From contig NC_043008.1 of NCBI RefSeq assembly GCF_006345805.1, positions 40,796,001-40,860,000 on the forward strand: a stretch of 64,000 nt of DNA, read 5' to 3'. Position numbers and translations under genes: made by a program. This stretch comes from Octopus sinensis (taxonomy: Eukaryota). The notes under the pieces are model-generated. The model did not search any database, had not been told where the DNA came from, and worked only from the letters and a program-made list of their open reading frames with translations. Below, one piece after another: positions 55,051 to 64,000 of this stretch (positions within the stretch are counted from its first letter, which is position 1; each line of letters begins with the position of its first letter).

Positions 55051-56144
55051 AAATTCAGCACGTCAAATAATCAATGAATTATAGAAAAAAAATCAATGAC
55101 ATATAGAAAAAATAACAGCAAGCATCAAGAAACTACAGAACTAATAGACACATATGAATGAGAAACATAATTTATATATATATATATATATATAAGTATG
55201 AATCAGTTGAGTTAGATACTTAAATTGATGCACGTTGTTAGGTCTGAGTAACATGCATATTCAACAGTATTAACTGACCTCTTAGACTTGGTACCAATCT
55301 CAGTACATTCCTGCAGTTTATGTAGATAATAAAACCCAGCTGTGTGTAAATAATTGCTCTTAGCAATCCAGGCATGTACTTTATATTAACAAAATACTGC
55401 CTATAATATTTACAAAGCGTAGATTCCAGGACAGGTGAATAAAATATAAGTGAGTAACAAAGAGGTACAAGTATCAATTCATTACGGTCATTTATTTGAT
55501 TAATGAGAACAGTACATCATTGTAAAGAAACCGCTTCCGGTCGTAGAAGCCATGTAAATATTGTGTACTCTGTGAATTTCTTAACTATGTTCAATGAGTT
55601 GAACTGTCCATTATGTTTGAGATCAGGAATTCTTCTGGCAAAAACGGTTTCTTGGCAATAATGTAATGTTTTCATTAATGCATTGGAAGAGTAGTTAGAA
55701 ACGTCCGTAATGAATTGACACTTGTCAATTACATTATTCCATGAATTACATATCACCGTACTCTTCAGTGCAGTAAGTAAAAACCATAATCAAAGAATTG
55801 GGAAGGAATATTCCAGAAATTTTGAGCTTGGAGATTCATATTTTTATACATATGAGAAAGATATAAGAGTCATGTCGGATATAGAATTTCTGCAAGGATT
55901 AAAGTTCTTATATGTTTTAACAACGTGTCGCCTACGTTTATAACTAAATTGATGAGTTTTATGGGACTTTATTCCATAAATTCGCCAAATATTATATAGA
56001 CGTACTACTTTCATATCTTTGCAAATTTACACCTGCAAACTCCCAGGAAAGTATGAAGAATCACCATTAGAAATATTTTTTGAAATCCTCCAATTAAAGG
56101 ACGAATCCACACTACAAATTTATACACTTTTATATATGTATATA

Positions 56145-56225
<81 letters not shown>

Positions 56226-56232
56226 ATATATA

Positions 56233-56286
<54 letters not shown>

Positions 56287-56291
56287 AATAT

Positions 56292-56643
56292 TGGCGGCTT
56301 TTCATTGTAGTCAGCGAAGGACTGCGTCTGCGCAGTAAGAATTGAAAAGTTAGTTCGTATAAACAGGAGACAAGTGGCCTTGTTTGTCCCGTGTTGGATA
56401 TGTTTAACCCTAGGTTGGACCTTGCTCAAGAAAATCAGATATTGTGAGTTCCCCTTGACTCGCTAAAAGATGATCAGAAGCCAATTGGTCCAAGGTACTA
56501 GATGGTAAATGTTTTTCATTTCCAAATTTATTCCTGGCGAATTTTATCCGTTATTTTTGTAGTCTACAGAACCTAGCTGTTCTTTCTAGCGTGTTGAATT
56601 CCCTATAAGTGGATTCCTTATGTGTTTAAATATACACTATACC
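56292..56643 (+). mobile_element. Dispersed repeat, family of 22293-22670
   Basis: Ends TTATGTGTTTAAATATACACTA. Contains ATGGTAAATGTTTTT and a degenerate core CTAAAAGA-TGATCA-GAAGC-CAATTG-GTC-CAAGG. Lies between (TA)n tracts. Confidence 0.55.
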
Positions 56644-56660
56644 GTATGACATATATATAT

Positions 56661-56710
<50 letters not shown>

Positions 56711-56711
<1 letters not shown>

Positions 56712-56877
56712 CGGGTCTCTTTCAGTTTCCATCTCAAACATTTTCCACCCAGAACGCTTTGGTCGCCTCGAAGTCACAGAAGAATACATTTGCACAAAGC
56801 ACTATGTGGGGTCACTGAACCCGGAACTGTGTGGATGAGAAACAAGCTTCTTACCACATAGCCACTCCTGCACCTAT
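56711..56877 (-). mobile_element. SINE family A 5' half, degenerate
   Basis: CTGAACCCGGAAC...CTTACCACATAGCCACTCCTGCACC. Confidence 0.75.
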
Positions 56878-59107
56878 ACATATCATATCATATTATATGT
56901 TTGTATGTAAGTATGTATGTATGTGTGTATATATGAATGTATGCATGTAAGTGTGTATGCATGTGGTTATGTATGTATGTATGTAGTTATGTATGTATGT
57001 ATAACGTTCTGCTTATGTTGTTCGTGGAGATAATTACATACTCTCGAGGAATCCATAATATCCTTATTTTACAAAGAAAGTTAGATCATGAACTGTGAAT
57101 TCCTATCAAAACCATCTAAAATACAAATGAACAATATAGGGCTCATTATCAGGATACAAATACGAGAGATATTGTTAGCAGATATTTATGTAAAATCGAA
57201 ATAATGTTTATAGAATAGTATTTAGGGACATTTGAACTCAGAATATTCGAAGAAGAAATGAATACACTGCTTTCATGTACTTAGCGTTTCATTTTCGCCA
57301 ACTCAGTATAATTGAATTGTTTGTTGGCAAATATTGCTTTTATCTTGTATATCTATTTACTGATTACGAACTGAACAAACAGTATAATATCCTTTGTGTA
57401 TAACGATAAAATATTAACGGAGTACACGCTAGAGATGCTATGTTCTGTTTTCATTGCAACACCTGTGAGAATGGCGGTAATTAATAATTAAAAGGGGCAT
57501 AAAAGAAGTAATAGCTAAGTTGTGTCTTTTTATCTATATAATTAACAACATTAACAACCAACAAGGGAATTCTGAGTCAGAGACCGAGGTTCTCTCCTCA
57601 CACTTACGTTACTATAATTACCATAAAATGCTCCCCAAAACACGCTTTACCTTAGGAAATACTCATTGGATGGGGTCGTCTTATATACCCTTAAAATGTG
57701 TGGATAATCAGTACTGAAAATATCTTTGATCATATCTCGTGCGAATTATTCATTTGTTTTACCAGGGAAATGGACTTTTATTAAACCACACCGTTACTGA
57801 CTGGAACCTATTTATTCACCCCGCGATAGATGACAGGAATTTATGATTACTAAAAGAATTGGTCTGGCAAAAATATTAGACACCACGGAAATCTATAAGC
57901 CTATAACGTCCATGCCAACAACATACAAAATCCTTTTAATCATACTCGCTAAAATGATTGTTGCTGGGATGGAGTGTAAATACATATTACTTTAGACATA
58001 CAATGCTTACTGGGACTTGATATGATGAACACATGTTGGCCAACTGGAATACTGTAGAAAATGACAAATTATTAAACAAACTGTAGCAGTCATTATTACC
58101 GCAGATACAGAATGCAGCCTCAATGAAAATAGGTTGCTTTAGTAATGTTATTTTACTAATCATTAGTAATGTTATTTTACTAATACCAATCATTAATGGC
58201 ATTAAATATGAGAGAATGATCAAAATAAGGGCACGCAGAACCATCATTTCATTTGGACATTTAATTGATTCTAATTTTTTTATCATGCATTGAATGGGAC
58301 CCTATATTTGTTCGTAAATTCAGAGTGGTATAGATATTTGATATTACATTATTATGCTAACGTAGGAGGGAATATATTCACTAGTATATTTACTACTGAA
58401 TGAAATAAATACATAGAAATATTAATGCAATTTTGAATTAATGTGCTGAATAAGGTGATTTTCTGTGCTAAACGCAGAAACAAATGATATGCTATTTGAT
58501 CAGAAGTAATGCATTTCTATATATGTTACAGACATTTTTAAAAGACAAAAATGCTAATATCAAATTCAGTCTATGCAATTGATAATATACTTGATAATAT
58601 AATGGCAAGTTCTTGTTTTGCTTGAGGATATCCAAGACGAGAAGATGTCGCCAATTATGTCTACTGGGTATGGTATTAACATATATACAAATAAACGAAA
58701 ACTCTGATCTATAAACTTGAACCAAACAGACTTCAAGAACACCACCCAAATCAAATAGAAAATTCTTTCCATGAATAAATATTGTTTAAGAAAAATCGAT
58801 CAGAATGGATCGAAAATGCATCTACTCAGATATTTTACTAATACATTATTTGGAAGTATATATATATAATGAGATGTTTGAATCTGAGGTAACCACGATA
58901 CAGAGCATGAAAATAAATACAGTCCCAACAAGAGCACTCACAGAGCGCAAACCCCAATCAGGACAACACCAACGTCCTCTCAAAAATCAGCCACAGAGGA
59001 TTTTTAAATTGATAATATCTGAAACAAACTCGACTGCCCTCACAACGAGAATACTAAAAGTGAATCCGACCGCTTTCAAAAATTAAGTAAAAGAAAATGA
59101 AAAGTAA

Positions 59108-59300
59108 TCTAGAATCCTTGTCCTGTACCGGAACGATTGTAAAATCTAATCCGTTCATGCGAGTCACAAGACCAAACAACCCTGAAAGTTTCATCTGAAT
59201 CTATGCAGCGGTTCTTGTAATATCTTGTCCAGAAACAAACAAACAAGCAAGTAAACACGACTGAAAAGAATACCTCCGCCTTCGCTAACGTGAAGTTAAT
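59108..59300 (-). mobile_element. Helentron-associated element, 5' part
   Basis: Homologous to 14371-14530 (CTCCGCCTTCGCTAA, GGACAAGATAT, GATGAAACTTTCA, GGACAAGGATTCT). Confidence 0.65.
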
Positions 59301-62300
59301 ATTCAATGGAGCAAGCATAAAATTATTTCACATTTTAAACATTAACCTTGCCATCCGCATAAGATAGAATATATAAAATAATTTCAAGATTGTCTATTTT
59401 CATTGGAGTTTGTGTCGGTACTTGTTTCGATTTCCGCCTTTGTATTTTCATGTAAGATACTTCTCAGCTCGTAAAATCATCTACAGTATTAGTCATTCTT
59501 TCACATTCCCGCTTATTTTGCGTGTAATATTTTATGGACGAAAACTGTATGTAATTAAGTCGTGCGTGGGCTTATTCCAAATTCGTTCACAACGCTTTAA
59601 CAGAATACACTCCCCTGTCCGAATTTCTGCCAAGACTCATATTTGAAGGAAATTTTCTCATTTATATTCGCTGTCCTCAAAGGTATATGACGTTCATCGG
59701 CTTGAAGCTATTTATTAACAAGTCTATGAAAAATATTAGGAACTGAGGTACAACAGCAGTGACCCAACTACAGCAATACAAAAGATCATAAATTAGGAAA
59801 TATATCCAAAGAGACACATATATCAAGTTGCAGGAAACAATGACTGAATTCATGTTACGCAAACTAATCAAGTAGTCCATCGTATGAAGGAATATGCTAT
59901 CCAGAAATGTTATGTATGTACGTTCCGGAGTTTCAAATAAACGTGTAAATTTGTAAATCATGCGTCACAAATATTCATATTTGTCAGGAAATGGATACTT
60001 ATATACTTAGGTTTCGGCCAGAATTGGCCCAGGTCATAACTTGTTTAGCAGCAACATATGCAAAAGATATTTTATCATATTGCAATATCAGAGTCATAGT
60101 GTGCTTACCACAGCCTGTTCAAGATAACAATTAATGTTTGCAGATTTATATCCGGGTGTAGGTGGTTTATCTGGAATTTGTTGGAATAAATCTTCTTAGA
60201 GCCGTTTGAATATGATATATGAAAGAAATTGTTGTATACATTGCTGAGGTGCATTACAATTAGCAATAAATAAATAAGCCACCATGTGTCCTGTTGGCGG
60301 ATTTCAGGAAGCATGGGCATTTCGACAGCTACGCACCAATGCGGGTAATTTATTCCATGCTTCAATAATTCTGAGCGTGACAAAATGTTTCCGAAAGTCA
60401 TGGGTGCTGAGCTGATATTTGATTCTGTAGTCCTTTCCAACCACTTATGTTAAATGTTAACATAATGTTAAAGAGAGCAGGGCCAGAGGAGATAAAATAG
60501 TCATGGTTGGTTCTGTAATATGACGCAAGCACGATTTGTGTAGAAGATGGATGGCAGACGTTATGCAAAGTTTAAATTGGCGCTAGCATGATCATGCAAT
60601 ATCGCTGAGATATTTTCCACATCATACAACTGATATTCGACTCACAGTGGCACTAGATGCAACAGAAATTAAATTCCTCGAGCCGATCCCAGTAATAAGA
60701 CTCCTCAATTCGTCAATTTTTCGGGATTAATCTCTGTAGTGCTTCAGTTTCATGGGGCACTATGGTACACTTTTGAACGAATATTTGGATAGTGTACATG
60801 TTAGTTACGAAGACCTTCAGGTTATGATAAAATATATTTCCAAATGTTCCCCTGTATATGAGATAACATAGACAACATATTTAATTTAATACATCGAACT
60901 CAGAGAAGGAAAATATTATTATCCTGCAAAATACAGACAACATGGATATATTACAATGATATTTTAGGAAAAATTTGCAATTTCATTTTCCACTTTCCCT
61001 AATATTCTAGTGACTTTCAAGACATTTACACTTGGTTAATGGTATATATTTATACATATGCATACGTAACTACACAGAGGAAAGCAAATATGTATATTTG
61101 TGTGCGTGTGTGTGTGCTTACGTACTTGTATAGGTATATATATTTGTCTATATATGTAGATACATGCTTACAGAAACATTTACATACATACATTCATGTA
61201 TACATATGTGTGTGTATGTATATATGTATGTATGTATGAATGTATGTAGGCATGTATGCATGTATGTATGTACATCATTTAACATGCAGCCACAAAGGAA
61301 ATCTTGGAAAACTAATATAGATATTCTTCACCTGAGAACATATATAGATGCCTTTACAGTTATTGAATAATATACGACAACGATATTTATTTTTGCTATA
61401 TTTGTTGTTAGAAATTTTAAATTAAAACATTAATTCTCAGTGGATTCTTTTTGTGGTATATATATCAGCAAAATAATTAATTACGAAGATAACTCGCACC
61501 ATTTATAATTTGATTTTGCGCACAATATAAAGTGTTGATATCATTATCTGAAAAGAAGACGTTCTCCGTTTTATTAATAAGTATCACATCTTTTCTAAAG
61601 AACTTTAAAGAGTGTTCAATAATTTTGTTTATCTACTTGTGTATTCTAGACAGTATAATTTTTAATTCTGTTTCGCATAAATAGTAAGAAAGTGTTTTCA
61701 CAAACGCTGTTCGTATTAAAATTTGAAGACACAAGTTCTAAATGTATTAAGCTACAAGAAAATCAATGTATCTTAGGCAATTTTCAGTTTGGAGAGAAAA
61801 ATATACATGACAGAAAAGAGCGTGTGAATTTCATTTCAATAACAACTACAAATAAATTTAATAACTTAATGAATTACATGCATTATATCACTAGAAATAT
61901 TTTGTCATTATATAATTTCCTCTCTAAATTATTTAGCTGTTGTTATTTGACTGGAAACTACCGCTTCTGCTTCTTATAGTTGCTTACGGGTTGAGAGACA
62001 GAGAGAGATAGAGAACGGGAGAGAGAGACAGAGACTACTGTAAAATGGAAGTGAAATATCTACTCTAGGGGAGACAGCCGCTTCTAGGTTTATAGGGAAT
62101 TCTATCTCCTATAAATATATTGTTGTGGCAGTCATGCTTTTATAAATGGCTACTAGGATGAAATGACTCCAAATATTGATTTCATAATCAGTAACGTCTA
62201 GATTGTCTGGAAAATCACATCTTCCTCTATAAGGGTTGCTATAACTTATCACACATGGTGACATGTTCAATAGCTAAAGGATTATTGATATACATTTTGA

Positions 62301-62999
62301 ATTCAATGGATTTATTATATGGAATAATGTCATTTTGATTCCTATTTAGGATGACAAATAAACTTAGCGTTATTATATGGTTGAACCATTAACAGAGGAT
62401 CGACTCTTCATGCCAACAGCTGCTCGTTTGAGGTGCCGCATAGGTGACTAATTGAAATTCAATATGTCACATGAAAGAGTTGTAGTCTATAAAATATGAA
62501 TGGCTATTATGTTGAATCTTGCGATGAAGATGACGGAATCAGTAATAAAAACAATGGTGGTTATGATGTCGACGATGATGATTATGACGACCGCGTAAAC
62601 GATGGTGATAATAGTTGAGATGATGTTAGCTGTGATCTTGACAATAACGCCGATTATGTTTACGATGATGAGGGAGATGGCAATGATAATTGTCTAAAAT
62701 TGGTAACAAAAAGGATTCTGTCTTTCCGAACATCAGATGGAGAAGACAATGACGATGATGCTGGTTACTGAATCAAGTTCATTAACAACCAGAAAAACAA
62801 TTTAAACCTATATTAATGAAATGCAAACTTTTATTCGATATATAGTGAGGTCGGATCTACAAGATGACAATACAACGTTCATAAAAGGAAATCATATAAT
62901 ACAAATTATTTGGTTTATTATTTACTGTGTTGACATTTGACACTGGCGTTCAAATGACTAGTATCGATCAAGTCAGTAGAAATAATCATCGTATTTCTA

Positions 63000-63232
63000 T
63001 GGATATGATGCTGATAATGATGAAGAGGAGGAGGAAGATGATGACAAGTATGATGATGATAATGATTGCGGTAGTGGTTATGGTCATGACGGTGGTGGTG
63101 GAGGTGCTGCTGCTGCTGATGATGATGGTGATGGTGGTGGTGATGGTGTTGATGACGATGATGATGATGGTGGTGATGCTGATGATTGTGAGGAGGAGGA
63201 GGAGGAAGTGAATGATGATGATGATGATGAGC
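63000..63232. repeat. (GAT/GGT/GAG)n compound trinucleotide repeat
   Basis: Directly visible. Confidence 0.92.
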
Positions 63233-64000
63233 CAATAGATTTTTTACTGTATTATTCCTATAAAAATTATATTTATAGATAGTGGCGTCCAGAAACAACA
63301 AGTTTCGTATTTGAGTCAATAAATGAAACGGAATAGATACAGCTATCTATTTGTAATACGGATTCACAGCCACAAAATTTTGGCAGCCGTTTGCAAACAA
63401 TGGAATCCATCCTATGTTGTGAAGAATATTTTCGGTACCTATTGCTAAAACAGTTCACTGTGCAACATATGCAACTACAAAGAACATCCGTGGGAACGGT
63501 TTGAACTCTTTGGTACCAGTACACTTCGCAGGATTATGGCGTAACATTGGTCGGCTTTTGTAGCCAACCAACGACAGTAAATAGAAAATGAGATGTGTCC
63601 TATTACCCCTTTCCCTCAATTTTCCAAGTTGTATCCAGTGTATCATTTTCTCTTGTCTGAGAGTGTAGCTAGGGGCACAATAGGCATGTGCTACATGGTC
63701 ACTAACGGTAACTGACATGGTGATGACTAACAGGGACACCGCTAAGGGGTACCGACTATTTTGAGATGGGGACTGACAGGAACACAGCTCCGAGAGTTGC
63801 CCTAGAAATCCCTAGCACATAACAACAAACAGTAGATGCACCGATGCATTGCAACGGCGTATAACCCCATACTTAACCTGCCTTGCACCTAAACAAATAG
63901 AATATTCATCATCATAAGTGTATTCAATCTCGATTCATCTGGGTTAAATAGTCACAATTATCAGTAGACTTATTCAATCTACTCGTTCCTACATCTCGTA

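Noticed and set aside
58627-58667. Possible micro-exon (YPRREDVANYVYW)
   Set aside because: Too short and weak splice signals.
60279-60344. Possible exon PPCVLLADFRKHGHFDSYAPMR, or GCCACCATG start
   Set aside because: Purine-rich acceptor and no homology recognised; insufficient support.
62495-62770. Acidic D/N-rich reading frame
   Set aside because: Decayed (GAT)n repeat with in-frame stops.

Overview
AT-rich eukaryotic non-coding DNA dense in (TA)n, (CA)n, (GATA)n and trinucleotide microsatellites. The SINE families and repeat landscape resemble an Octopus/cephalopod genome (inference from recalled family sequences, not a database search). No host gene is confidently identifiable, and nearly all ORFs in the supplied track are microsatellite read-throughs. 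Recognisable content is transposon debris: three tRNA-derived SINE families, RTE-clade LINE fragments, a probable R4/Dong-like fragment, Penelope-like (PLE) protein fragments, three Tc1/mariner transposase fossils, a Tigger-like MITE and Helentron-type non-autonomous elements. The most notable feature is a ~564-bp tandem array at 9202-11505 (three full copies, a partial copy and an inverted copy, flanked by (TA)n). Its unit carries a minimal type-I hammerhead ribozyme motif on one strand (core intact in copies 2 and 3) and a second hammerhead-like core on the other strand, suggesting a retrozyme or PLE pseudo-LTR-like non-autonomous retroelement. At least three other small repeat families here also carry hammerhead-like cores next to microsatellites. 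All alignments and folds were done by eye and need computational confirmation.
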